A stretch of DNA of 64,000 nt from Chloroflexota bacterium (GTDB lineage Bacteria > Chloroflexota > UBA11872). The notes under the pieces are model-generated. The model was not told where the DNA came from, did not search any database, and saw only the letters and a program-made list of their open reading frames with translations. The position numbers were made by a program, and so were the translations under genes. Of the stretch, positions 52,234 to 61,722 are shown piece by piece. The stretch's first letter is position 1. The number at the start of each line of letters is the position of its first letter. Location of the stretch: contig OY764080.1 of the NCBI GenBank assembly GCA_963667925.1, positions 2,641,310-2,705,309 on the forward strand, in the 5' to 3' direction.

Positions 52234-53061
52234 TTCGTCGCGTACGAGCGATGCGTCGCACAGCAGGGCATACGAACAGCGGCGACAGACCGAAGGATCC
52301 TCGGCTCGATTGGGCGCTCGCCAGAACGGATCGAAGCGGGCCGCCTCAATGCCAACAACGATTTCAGTTGCTCGGGCCGCAAAGTGTTCCAGGTCCTCGC
52401 GGCCATACGTCCCATGCAGCTGCTGGACGAATGGGGGGTCTTCGCGAACCAGCACGTCAACGCGGACTTGAGGTATGAAGAACGGCGCCGGCAGGTTGCC
52501 GGGACGAATCCGCGTTCCCGCCCGGAAGACTCCGTAGCCGATCGCGTAGCACTGTAGTTGGAGATCCCGTTCGGGATACGACTCGGGGTAGGCCCGCCAC
52601 GAGGTCTTGTGGTCGATCACCACGCCGTTTCGGTCGATGAGGTCGACGGTGCCCACGAGCTGGACGTGGACACCTGGAATGTCGAATCTGAAACGATGCT
52701 CAACCAGGTGCGGAATGACGCTGGGAGCGACTTCGGTCAGGTAGAGCTTCAGAACCGCATGGCCGGACGCGTAGGCCTGCTCGAACTCGTCACCCGATGG
52801 TCCTGATGCAGACCCGGGCGGAAGGCGGGCGTCCCAAACGTCGTCGAAGATCTCGGCGGCCTCGACCAAATCCAGGTCATAGCCGCCGCGGCGTTTCTCC
52901 AGAAAGTTGCGCTCCAGGGCGGCGTGGACCGCCTGGCCGACAAGTGACGCCGGCGAGTCTGTGGTGGGTACTCGCTCGACGTAGCGCATCCGATACTGGA
53001 GCGGGCAGGTGTCGTAGGTGCGTAGCTGGGTGGGGGAGATCGACCTGAGTTGCCGTTGCAT
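52186..53061 (-). CDS. PD-(D/E)xK nuclease family protein with C-terminal Cys cluster (Cas4/RecB-like, not CRISPR-associated)
   Basis: QLRTYDTCPLQYRMRYV N-terminal Cys; central nuclease motifs; C-terminal CRRCSYALLC (3 Cys) = Cas4/AddB-type Fe-S arrangement. Start chosen at internal Met 53061 to avoid overlap. Confidence 0.65.
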   Translation of the reverse strand: MQRQLRSISPTQLRTYDTCPLQYRMRYVERVPTTDSPASLVGQAVHAALERNFLEKRRGGYDLDLVEAAEIFDDVWDARLPPGSASGPSGDEFEQAYASGHAVLKLYLTEVAPSVIPHLVEHRFRFDIPGVHVQLVGTVDLIDRNGVVIDHKTSWRAYPESYPERDLQLQCYAIGYGVFRAGTRIRPGNLPAPFFIPQVRVDVLVREDPPFVQQLHGTYGREDLEHFAARATEIVVGIEAARFDPFWRAPNRAEDPSVCRRCSYALLCDASLVRDELLENGRQDGNEEEQR

Positions 53062-53106
53062 GCGCGATCCGACGCTGCCTGACGTCGCAGCAAGCCTAGA
53101 CGCCGG

Positions 53107-54189
53107 GTGGTCGCCGCGCTTGGGGAACTCGGCCATGCACGAAGCGGCGACCGGATCGTGACTGAGATTCCCGAGGCCTCAGTCGTCATCGTCACCTGGA
53201 ATGGGTTGGGCCATCTGCGGCGCTGCCTGCCGGCACTGCACGCGCAGACCGGGGTTAGATTCGAGACCGTCGTGGTCGACAACGGCAGTACGGACGGCAC
53301 GGCGGAGTGGATTTCCCGGGAGTATCCGCAGATCGTGCTGGAGCGCCTGGACTCGAATCAGGGGTTTGCCGCGGCAAACAACATTGGGTTTGGACTGGCG
53401 CGGGCGGACCTGGTTGCAACCCTCAACAACGATGCGGTCCCCGATCCAGATTGGTTGCAATCGCTGGTTCAGGCCGCGCATGAGCACCCGGAGGCGGGGT
53501 CGTTCGGCAGCCGGATCGTGCTGGACCGGGATCCGAACATCATCGACTCCGCCGGCGTGGTGACGGACGTGCTGGGCATCGCGTGGGACCGGCACAACGC
53601 GGAACCGGTGGGCGTCGATGCCGGCGGGGAGGTCTTCGGCGTGTGCGCCGGGGCCGCGCTGTATCGGAAGTCGTTGCTGGACGAGACCGGTGGATTCGAC
53701 CCGGCGTTTTTTGCCTACCTGGAGGACGTGGACCTGGCCTGGCGCGCCCGCTGGCTGGGCTGGACCGCGCGTTACATCCCGGAAGCACGCGTGGTGCATG
53801 CGCACTCGGCTACGGGGACGGAAGAGTCGCCGTTTAAGACGTTTCACCTGGGTCGTAACAAGGTCTGGACGATTGCAAAAAACCACCCAGGTCGAGCGCT
53901 CTTGATCTACGGTCCGCTGCTCGTCGCGTACGACGTGGCCTCACTGCCGATTACTGTGGCGCGTCAACGCAACCCGGCGGCGCTGCGCGGGCGGCTGGCC
54001 GGCCTGCGCTCACTCGGTCCGGTGCTGAGGCAGCGGAAGCAGGTGGCGGCTCGCCGCCGAGTCGGCTGGGATGAGATTCGGCCCTTTGTGGCCGGGCCGT
54101 CGTGGCCGTGGGACGTGTGGCGCCGCCAGCAGCGGCTTCGGCACGCGGTGGCAGCCGATCGCTCGCCGACCAGGCCGGAGGCTCGCTGA
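53107..54189 (+). CDS. Glycosyltransferase family 2
   Basis: SVVIVTWNGLGHLRRCLPAL...VVDNGSTDGT GT-A fold N-terminus. Confidence 0.75.
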   Translation: MVAALGELGHARSGDRIVTEIPEASVVIVTWNGLGHLRRCLPALHAQTGVRFETVVVDNGSTDGTAEWISREYPQIVLERLDSNQGFAAANNIGFGLARADLVATLNNDAVPDPDWLQSLVQAAHEHPEAGSFGSRIVLDRDPNIIDSAGVVTDVLGIAWDRHNAEPVGVDAGGEVFGVCAGAALYRKSLLDETGGFDPAFFAYLEDVDLAWRARWLGWTARYIPEARVVHAHSATGTEESPFKTFHLGRNKVWTIAKNHPGRALLIYGPLLVAYDVASLPITVARQRNPAALRGRLAGLRSLGPVLRQRKQVAARRRVGWDEIRPFVAGPSWPWDVWRRQQRLRHAVAADRSPTRPEAR

Positions 54190-54203
54190 TAGACTCGCCT
54201 CAC

Positions 54204-54280
54204 CGGGGCGTGGCGCAGGCTGGTAGCGCACCTGACTGGGGGTCAGGAGGTCGCCGGTTCAAATCCGGCCGCCCCGACCA
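54204..54280 (+). tRNA. tRNA-Pro (anticodon GGG)
   Basis: Manual fold. Acceptor CGGGGCG/CGCCCCG; D-stem GCGC/GCGC; anticodon stem CCTGA/TCAGG; loop CTGGGGG; T-arm GCCGG-TTCAAAT-CCGGC; discriminator A; encoded CCA. 77 nt. Confidence 0.85.
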
Positions 54281-54355
54281 GCATCCGAACCTGTTAGGCG
54301 ATGGACACGTCACACCAAGCCTGTCGTGCGCTATCCGAAATGGTTCGGTTTGAGC

Positions 54356-55681
54356 CTAGGCGGCTGTGCTCCAACTCGCGATAAAGTCGTCCAGGCCAAA
54401 GTCGGCGGGCATGTGTTCCTGCGCGTAGCGGGTCGGTTTGCTCGAGAGACCGGGCACGAAGTGCTCGGTCTGCATTTGGAGCCTGGCGTCCAACGGTGCA
54501 AAGCGCTGTCCGAGCAGCTTCGTTTCAGCGGCGGTGAAGCGCCGGGCCAGCGACTCGAGGTTGCTGATGCTGAAGGCTTGCTCGCCTACGGCTGAGGCGC
54601 GCTCGCGTTCAGGTAGATTCGCGATTTCCGGGCGCTTCAGTGTGCCGATGCGGCGAGCGAGCTTTGACAGCAGGACCACGCAGACCATCCGGCCGGTGTC
54701 GCCTGGATGCAGCAGGGTCAGAGCCTGGCGGAATGCTTGCGGGTCCTGGTCGAGGATCGCGCGGTAGAACACTTCAATCCGATCGTCCTCGCGTTCAGCC
54801 AGCTCGATGAACCGATTGAAGACCGCTTGTCCTTGCTTTGACAGGTGCTTGACGAAACCCGGCTCCCAGAGGAAGCGGGAGCCGTAGGGATACAGCGGGC
54901 CACCGAACGAGGTGTATCGGAGATGGATGATGCGACGCAGCCTGGCGCTGTAGTTGCTGGGCCAGTGCAGGATGGTGTTGACGTACATCACGCCGTCGCC
55001 GGCCTCGAGACAGACCTGCTTACAGTTCGACAGCTTTGCGCGGGGGTCGTGCAATAGCTCCCGGTTCTCCCGCGCCGTGTTCAGGCGCCGATGACTGCCG
55101 GGGACGACCCACAGCACATCGTCGTCGTACAGCGGGATGTTCCACTGCACGGAGCCCGGACCGTTGGCCAGCATCTCCGCCTGGAGACCTGCCAGAGGCG
55201 CGTTGTTGGTTGGCCCGTGACTTACATCGCGATGCCACAGATCCGGTCCGTAGGCGGTCTCGGGGTTGCACAGGAGAATCATCTGCTTCAGGCCCACGTC
55301 GGGTGTGCCGAGCGCTTGCCGGCTTACGCCGAGCGTGTTTTCGTGGAGACAGAACTCCACGGCATTGGCCGTCGCCGCGTCTATGACGGTCTGAAAGGCG
55401 AGGCGCGGCTGCTTGGCCACGTAGGCGAAACAGCCCGGGTCGTCGCGATCGCGCGCCCAGCGTTCCTGCTGCCGGTCGACCAGGGTCTCGAAGCTGGCGC
55501 GTAACTCGTCCAGCCGTTCGGGTGGAACGACGTTCTTCAGAATCACGAAGCCGTCGTGGAGGAATTGCCCGGGATCGATCTGGATGGGCTGTGCTCCGCG
55601 GGCGGGGACGGGCAAGTCTAGCCCGGACATGCGGCCTCGAAGTGTTAGCTGTCGTGCTGCGCCGGTTGAGGCGGGGGCCAA
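54356..55681 (-). CDS. Phytanoyl-CoA dioxygenase (PhyH) family Fe(II)/2-oxoglutarate oxygenase-like protein
   Basis: 441 aa. HRD...H facial-triad-like motifs (LWHRDVSH, HWPSNYSARLRRIIHLRY). The start may be the internal Met at ~55630. Confidence 0.55.
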   Translation of the reverse strand: MAPASTGAARQLTLRGRMSGLDLPVPARGAQPIQIDPGQFLHDGFVILKNVVPPERLDELRASFETLVDRQQERWARDRDDPGCFAYVAKQPRLAFQTVIDAATANAVEFCLHENTLGVSRQALGTPDVGLKQMILLCNPETAYGPDLWHRDVSHGPTNNAPLAGLQAEMLANGPGSVQWNIPLYDDDVLWVVPGSHRRLNTARENRELLHDPRAKLSNCKQVCLEAGDGVMYVNTILHWPSNYSARLRRIIHLRYTSFGGPLYPYGSRFLWEPGFVKHLSKQGQAVFNRFIELAEREDDRIEVFYRAILDQDPQAFRQALTLLHPGDTGRMVCVVLLSKLARRIGTLKRPEIANLPERERASAVGEQAFSISNLESLARRFTAAETKLLGQRFAPLDARLQMQTEHFVPGLSSKPTRYAQEHMPADFGLDDFIASWSTAA

Positions 55682-55849
55682 AGGGCCGTGAACTTTCGAC
55701 CCGCCCCATCCAGAGTCTGTTCCACTCTTGGTCCACGTCTTGTCGCGAACGGACTCGATCTGACGGGATGGCGCACGCAGCGCGGACTTCGGAATCAGGT
55801 TCGGCAGGTAAGGACCACAGCGTGGCAGGGCGTCCTGTGGGGGTTTGGG

Positions 55850-55899
55850 TCAGACTGGGAGTCTGGAGGACGCCGGTTCAAATCTGGCTGCCCCGACCA
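55850..55899 (+). pseudogene. Partial 3' copy (anticodon arm to CCA) of tRNA-Pro(GGG); candidate attR-like direct repeat
   Basis: tcaga-ctgggag-tctgg-aggac-gccggttcaaatctggc-tgccccg-a-cca matches the tRNA-Pro 3' half (~85% identity). The 5' half does not fold. Confidence 0.6.
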
Positions 55900-55958
55900 G
55901 CGGACTCTTGAGGAGTTCGCGGCAGTATTCGTCCGTAGTGCGGACGCAGACCGCCTTG

Positions 55959-56660
55959 CTAGATCGCGGCTGATTCGACCGAGTCTCCCAAACGTGCGGG
56001 AAGAAAGCTCAGCGCGTAGTCGATATCCGACTCTCGGGCATCGTTTTCGAGCGTCCGCCGGAGAGCGTCGGCCAGGGCCCGCTCGCCGATTTCCAGAAGT
56101 TGACCGGGAAGCTCGGGGCGTGAGAGCGGATACACACGGTTGCTCAACAGCGTGGCTCTTGCCAACTGAGAAAGAGCGTAGCGAAGTTCCTCATTCGCCG
56201 CGTCGCAATCTCCGAGGTCAAACAAGGCGCGTGCGTCAACAAACCTGTCGCGCGCACGCGACAGGTTTACCGCAGGATCGGGCCACGGAATACCACCGAG
56301 GAGCGAGTCCTTTAGCCGGTCCCAATGCTCCTGACCATGAAGCACGCGTCCGAAGCGAATCGCCCACTGCACAAAGTCGTCGCCGCGCAAAGCCCGGGCT
56401 CGCACGTCATTGCGCGTCAGCCGAGTGACCTGGACACCGATGGGCGCGTGCGGCGGCGCGCTGTTCGCGACAACCAGGAGGTCCAGATCGCTCTCGGCAT
56501 GATCGCGGCCTCGAGCCGCGGAACCGATCACGATAACCGCGGTCTTATTGTCGCGGGTTCGAGCCCAGGTGAGGATCACGTCGAGGTACTCATGACTCAA
56601 TCGGTCAAGCATCTGTCGATCCACGAGCTCCATTGATGAGACGCTTGACTTCCTCGACAT
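55959..56660 (-). CDS. Nucleotidyltransferase domain protein
   Basis: GSAARGRDHAESDLDLLVV polymerase-beta-type NTase motif; 233 aa with helical C-terminal domain. Confidence 0.6.
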   Translation of the reverse strand: MSRKSSVSSMELVDRQMLDRLSHEYLDVILTWARTRDNKTAVIVIGSAARGRDHAESDLDLLVVANSAPPHAPIGVQVTRLTRNDVRARALRGDDFVQWAIRFGRVLHGQEHWDRLKDSLLGGIPWPDPAVNLSRARDRFVDARALFDLGDCDAANEELRYALSQLARATLLSNRVYPLSRPELPGQLLEIGERALADALRRTLENDARESDIDYALSFLPARLGDSVESAAI

Positions 56661-57000
56661 AGGTCTCGAGAGCTATCGAAACGTCTTCGGGATCCAGCCG
56701 AATATCCTGCCGCACTTCGCCGTACGCTTCGCTCTTTCGAACCTCGTTGAGATCCCTTAGGAGTTCAGCTACGTCAGGCAGCCCGTGCTCAGCATGGAGC
56801 AGTCGTGCGACGCCAGCTTTGCTGGAATGCGTTCGCTTCCAGGGAATGCCCAGGCGATCGGCCCCAGCAATAACAGCATTCTCAAGTGCGTACAGGCCGT
56901 ACATCGACAGATCCGACCAGTCGGCAGGCTCCAAAGCCGCCGTCTGAACCCTCGCAAGTTGCCGCTGCGCCAGATCGAGTCTGTCAGGATTCCGCGCCAT
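56605..57000 (-). CDS. Small helical protein upstream of and overlapping the NTase gene (HEPN/NTase-substrate-binding-like partner, putative)
   Basis: 131 aa, all-alpha composition. 56-nt overlap with the NTase gene suggests a two-gene module. No clear Rx4-6H motif. Confidence 0.4.
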   Translation of the reverse strand: MARNPDRLDLAQRQLARVQTAALEPADWSDLSMYGLYALENAVIAGADRLGIPWKRTHSSKAGVARLLHAEHGLPDVAELLRDLNEVRKSEAYGEVRQDIRLDPEDVSIALETYVEEVKRLINGARGSTDA

Positions 57001-57063
57001 AACTTCAGTCTATCCACGTCTCGGTTGTCGCTCGGCTTGGATGCACGGCCCAGCAAGCAGTCG

Positions 57064-58227
57064 TCAACCGTATGTTCGTCCCTTCCAGCCGCCGCCGACG
57101 CCAGCGTAGTGGCGGCGTGCCGAGTCCAGGGTCATGGCGACGTAGATGACGGCGGACAGCGGCAGCGTGACAGCCCGCAGCGGGGAGCCGCCGTACCAGC
57201 GTGTCATCGGTAGGTAGCTGTAGGTCATCAGCGTCCATCCGAGGATTCCGGTCGCCAGGGCTGCCGCCGTTGCGCCAGTGTTGACTCCAATCGCGAGACC
57301 TGCGCCACCGGCTACCACCGCGACTAGTGGCGCGGCGAAGGCCAGCAGCAGCGCGACGACGGTGCCGACGAGTCGTATGGGCGAGTAGGCGAGCTGGGTG
57401 TAGGCGGTGCGCGCCACAACGTGCCAGACGCCGGATAGGCCGGCGTAACCACGCTCGCTCCGCACGTCGCGGCTAAGCCCCAGCCAGATCCGGCCTCCGG
57501 CCTGCTTGATACGGGCGGCCAGGGCGCAGTCGTCGATGATCTGGTCGCGGATCGATTCCAGGCCACCGATCCGTTCGAGCATGTGCCTGCGTACCAGCAC
57601 GCAGCCCCCCGCGGCCGCCGCCGTTCCGCGGTTGGGATCGTTCGACCAACGGAAGGGGTAGAGCAGTCCAAAGAAGTACACAAAGGCCGGGACCAGCAGA
57701 CGCTCGAACGGCGTGACTGCACGCAGGTGCGCCATCACGGACGCGAGGTCCAGGTCGCGGTGTTGGGCCATGCCCACCAGGCGCCGGAGGAGGTCGGGGG
57801 GATGGGCAATGTCAGCGTCCGTCAGGAGGATGTACTCGCACTCGCGGGCCAGATTGGATGTCGCGCCGGTGTGCATGGCCCAGACCTTGCCGGCCCAACC
57901 GTGCGGAAGCGGAGGCGCCGTGACTACATAGGCGTCGCGAGCGTCTGAGCGTGCACCGAGACCAAGCGCAACGTCCGGCGTGCCGTCGGTGCTGGAGTCG
58001 TCCACCACGACAATCCGCAAGCAGCCCGGATAGTCCTGCCTGAGCAGCGTGGGAAGCGTTGACGGGAGAACTTGCGCCTCGTTGCGCGCCGGCACGATGA
58101 CGGTCACCAATGGCCACCGGGTTGGCGAGGTGTTGGGTGACGATGCCGGCAGTTGCACATCGGTGCGCCAGAACCATCCACGACCGACCAGCAACCAGAC
58201 CCAGGCGCCGGCAGCGGCAGCCGCCAT
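57064..58227 (-). CDS. Membrane glycosyltransferase family 2
   Basis: N-terminal TM; VTVIVPARNEAQVLPSTLPTL...VVVDDSSTDGT; C-terminal TM helices. Confidence 0.75.
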   Translation of the reverse strand: MAAAAAGAWVWLLVGRGWFWRTDVQLPASSPNTSPTRWPLVTVIVPARNEAQVLPSTLPTLLRQDYPGCLRIVVVDDSSTDGTPDVALGLGARSDARDAYVVTAPPLPHGWAGKVWAMHTGATSNLARECEYILLTDADIAHPPDLLRRLVGMAQHRDLDLASVMAHLRAVTPFERLLVPAFVYFFGLLYPFRWSNDPNRGTAAAAGGCVLVRRHMLERIGGLESIRDQIIDDCALAARIKQAGGRIWLGLSRDVRSERGYAGLSGVWHVVARTAYTQLAYSPIRLVGTVVALLLAFAAPLVAVVAGGAGLAIGVNTGATAAALATGILGWTLMTYSYLPMTRWYGGSPLRAVTLPLSAVIYVAMTLDSARRHYAGVGGGWKGRTYG

Positions 58228-58284
58228 TCCGGTGACGACCGTCAGCCAGATGTCGATCTGCGCTCGCCCTTCGACGCGGCGCGC

Positions 58285-60798
58285 TTAGTCCGCGCGGGTG
58301 ATCCAGAAACGCAACGCGCGATCGTCGCCGACCGTGGCAAGGAGTGCGCCATCGGGGCTGTAGGCGAGCGCTCGGATCCAATCGATGTGCGCGTCGATGA
58401 TCCTGCCGAGTTTCAGGCTACCCGTGGGATCGCGCAGGTGTGCTCGCTGATAGGAGCCAATGGCAAGTTCGCCGCCCTCTGTCCCGTAAGAAAGCGACGT
58501 GATGAGCCCCGCCTCCGGCTCGATTTCCCTCAGCAGATTGTTGGAGCCACTCTCAAGAATCTTGACAGTCCTACCGTCCGCCAAAGCCATCTCGTCGACC
58601 TGCGGATCGAAGCGGATTGCGCGTATCCAGTCGTCCAACCCCGTGAGCCTCAATCGCTCGACGCCCGACACAGCATCCAGCAACAAGACTTCGCGATACG
58701 TGCCAACCGCGGCGATGTCCGCACTCTTAGTCGCCAGCGACGTGACGGGAACGGAAGACGCGGCAACGGCCCAGCGCTCGGCGCCCGTGCCGGGGTCCAG
58801 ACTTCGCACGACGCCGCGTGCATCACCGGCCAGAAGGTAGCCGTCGGATGCAAACGACAGTGCGGTCACGCTGTCCGGCACGATCGGCGCTTCCGCCAGC
58901 AGAGCCCCGTGGTCCGCGGCCCACAGTCGTACGCGGCCGTCGTCGGCGCCCGTGGCCACGATCAGCCCATCCGGTGAGTACGCCACGGCCTGCGCCGGTC
59001 GGTCGTGGGCGGCGATGGAAACGCGCATCGACCCATCGGTTCCAACAATCACGAGCGAACCGTCGTTCAAAGCGGCCGCCACCGACGTGCCGTGGGGACT
59101 GTACGCCAGCGCATTGACAGGCGCGGGTAACGAGGATTCAGCCGCCAGTTCCGAAAGGGCCGTCTGCCATACGCCGACATCGCCATCCCAACTTCCTGAA
59201 ATCAGGAGGTCGCCATCCGGGCTGAAGCTGAGGCCCTGGACGTCACCTGTATGGCCCGTGAGGCTGTAGAGGCGTTTTGCGGTTGCGACATCCCAAACCC
59301 CTACCGTCCCATCGCTTGAGGCAGTGGCGAGGCGACGCCCGTCGGGGCTGAACGCCACCTCCCACACGGAGTCGCTATGGCCCGCGAGCTTCGCCAGGGC
59401 CGACCCATCGCTCGTATCCCACATAACGGCTGTGTGGTCATCGGCGCCGGTGACAATGCGCGAGCCGTCGGGGCTGATGGCCAGGGAGAGAACGGCGCGC
59501 GAGTGTTGCTCGACCAGCTCCATTAGGCGCTCGCCCGTTGCCAGATCCCAGATGTCCGCTCGGGCCCAGCCGGTTGTAATCAGGCGGCTTCCGTCCGGGG
59601 AAAAGCCGACACCATTTGACCAGGCGTCGATGTCATCGAACTTGGCTACGTGTTCTCCGGTCGCCACGTCCCAGATGTGGGCCGCGCCGTAGGTGGTGGC
59701 CGCCACCTTCGTTCCGTCAGGGCTGAAAGCAACGCTGGTAAACCAAGGCTCGTCGGCTTCGAGCACCTGAAGCTGCTCACCGGTGTGGACGTCCCACAGT
59801 CGAACCGTGTCGTCCTCGGATGCACTGGCAACGAGCGAGCCATCCGGCGAATAGGCAACCTCATAAATACCGTCGAAGTGGCCCTCGAGTTCGTGGATCG
59901 CCGTCAGGGTCGCGCGGTCCCAGATGACAACGCGACGGTCATAGCCACCGGTAGCGAACGTGTCGCCCAAGGGATCGAAGGCCACGGTGGTCACCAGCGG
60001 ACTATGGGCATCGAACAGCGGACGTGGAATGCGCGGCGGCGCAAGAGGCACTGTGTTTGGCGCCGGAATCATCCCGGCCTGCTTGAAGTGATCGCCGGCT
60101 GGGGCCAGCTGAACCTGGCCGTCGCGAAGGCGCAGCACGGCTCGCTGGGTCCGGAGCACGCCGCCGTTCGGTGCCGACAGATATCCCAGGGGCAGACCGA
60201 ATCGAGCCAGCGCAGCTGGAGCGGCTCGCCAGAAGTCCGTGATTTCCGCGGCGGCAGTCAGCGCCGCCAATCGAGCGAGAGGGCCGGACTCGCCTGGCAA
60301 ATCCGTACCTGGTGGTACGCCCTTGAAGTCAAGAAGCCAGCGATCATGTCCGGCTGTGGATAACAGGTCGTAGATGTTGGCAGGACGAACTTCACCGTCC
60401 GGACCTGCCTGAAGTATGGCCCGCTGAAAGGCCTGGTAGATGAACGGCGCTTCGTGCCAGGGCTGCGAAATCGGATAGCCCAGGAGCTCGTGACCGCCCA
60501 GTTGCTCGTAGGCCGTCCAAAACTGAGCGCCGGGCGCGTCCACGACCGGGAAGCCAAGACCTCCTCCGCCGCCGGTCTGGGTGTAAAAGAAGCCTTGATG
60601 GAGAGGGAAGCTGGCCGGACCGGCCGCGGCCCCGGTTGCCGGAAGCGCAAGCAGCGCCAATCCAATGAGAGCTGCCAAGGCAACCCGACGATGCGTTCCC
60701 GCCGCTGGTGGCCTGATCAGCCGTCGCGCCAACCGCCGGAACTGTTTGAGCATTACAGCAGGGCCCGGAAGCTGCCGCGCGTCATTTTCTGTCGCCAC
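58285..60798 (-). CDS. Secreted WD40-repeat protein (multi-propeller)
   Basis: 837 aa. Signal-like N-terminus; >14 WD repeats with SPDG/WD motifs (AFSPDGSRL...WDL). Confidence 0.8.
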   Translation of the reverse strand: MATENDARQLPGPAVMLKQFRRLARRLIRPPAAGTHRRVALAALIGLALLALPATGAAAGPASFPLHQGFFYTQTGGGGGLGFPVVDAPGAQFWTAYEQLGGHELLGYPISQPWHEAPFIYQAFQRAILQAGPDGEVRPANIYDLLSTAGHDRWLLDFKGVPPGTDLPGESGPLARLAALTAAAEITDFWRAAPAALARFGLPLGYLSAPNGGVLRTQRAVLRLRDGQVQLAPAGDHFKQAGMIPAPNTVPLAPPRIPRPLFDAHSPLVTTVAFDPLGDTFATGGYDRRVVIWDRATLTAIHELEGHFDGIYEVAYSPDGSLVASASEDDTVRLWDVHTGEQLQVLEADEPWFTSVAFSPDGTKVAATTYGAAHIWDVATGEHVAKFDDIDAWSNGVGFSPDGSRLITTGWARADIWDLATGERLMELVEQHSRAVLSLAISPDGSRIVTGADDHTAVMWDTSDGSALAKLAGHSDSVWEVAFSPDGRRLATASSDGTVGVWDVATAKRLYSLTGHTGDVQGLSFSPDGDLLISGSWDGDVGVWQTALSELAAESSLPAPVNALAYSPHGTSVAAALNDGSLVIVGTDGSMRVSIAAHDRPAQAVAYSPDGLIVATGADDGRVRLWAADHGALLAEAPIVPDSVTALSFASDGYLLAGDARGVVRSLDPGTGAERWAVAASSVPVTSLATKSADIAAVGTYREVLLLDAVSGVERLRLTGLDDWIRAIRFDPQVDEMALADGRTVKILESGSNNLLREIEPEAGLITSLSYGTEGGELAIGSYQRAHLRDPTGSLKLGRIIDAHIDWIRALAYSPDGALLATVGDDRALRFWITRAD

Positions 60799-60800
60799 TG

Positions 60801-61706
60801 CTAGCCATGCCGAAGGGCTGCGTGCAGAGCCGGAGCGAGTTTCGGCTGTTGGAATTCATAGCCAATGTCAAGGAGCTTCCGCGGGATGACTCTCTGGCTG
60901 GATAGCAGCGCTTCGCGCGCAAAACCGCCAAGTGCCGCCCGAAGGATCGGTGCGGGTATCGCAAGTATCGCCGGACGTCCCAGCACGTGAGCCATCGCCT
61001 TCACAAATTCGCGATTGGTCACGGTCTCCGGCGCCGCCACCACGATGGGCCCGCTCAGCGTCTCCCGCGCAAGCGCCAAACGAATAGCGTCGACCACATC
61101 CGCCAGATCAACCCAGGGCCAGTACTGCCGGCCAGACCCAAACCAACTCCCAAGCCCCAGCACCACGGGCAGTCGCATACGCGCCACGACGGGCGATCGG
61201 GCATCGATTACTGGCGCCAATCGAGCAATCGCAACTCGAATCCCCGCCTCGGCAGCGGGCCGGGTTGCGGCTTCCCATTCGACGGACACACCGGGGAGGA
61301 ATCCCTGTCCCGGGGAACTCTTCTCGTCCAATACTTCGTCGCCGCGGTCACCGTAATAGCCAGTCGCGCCAGCGGTGACGAAAACGTGGGGCTTCCGCGA
61401 CAGACCCGCGATGGCGCGCGCCAGCATGTCAGTACCGCGCACGCGACTCTCGCGGATTCGCCGGCGCTTGTCGGCGGTCCAGCGAAGCGCGCTGATCGAC
61501 TCGCCGGCCAGATGCACCACAGCATCCATGCCTTCCAGCCCGGAATTGTCGATGTCCCCGGTCTGCGGGTCCCAGCGGATGTCGCCGGGCTGCACGGTTT
61601 TGGTGGCTGGCCGCACCAGTCGAACGACTTCGTGACCGTCAGCGTGCAGGTTCGCGACGAGCGCCGCTCCGACCAGCCCGGTCGAGCCGCTGACGGCGAC
61701 GCGCAT
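60801..61706 (-). CDS. TIGR01777/YfcH-family NAD-dependent epimerase-like protein (SDR39U1-like)
   Basis: MRVAVSGSTGLVGAALVANL Rossmann N-terminus; DUF1731 C-terminal region. Confidence 0.8.
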   Translation of the reverse strand: MRVAVSGSTGLVGAALVANLHADGHEVVRLVRPATKTVQPGDIRWDPQTGDIDNSGLEGMDAVVHLAGESISALRWTADKRRRIRESRVRGTDMLARAIAGLSRKPHVFVTAGATGYYGDRGDEVLDEKSSPGQGFLPGVSVEWEAATRPAAEAGIRVAIARLAPVIDARSPVVARMRLPVVLGLGSWFGSGRQYWPWVDLADVVDAIRLALARETLSGPIVVAAPETVTNREFVKAMAHVLGRPAILAIPAPILRAALGGFAREALLSSQRVIPRKLLDIGYEFQQPKLAPALHAALRHG

Positions 61707-61722
61707 TTATGTCAACTCACGC

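Noticed and set aside
55820-55899. Second full-length tRNA gene
   Set aside because: Only the 3' ~50 nt fold (anticodon arm onward). No acceptor 5' strand or D-arm can be formed, so it is treated as a partial copy or pseudogene.
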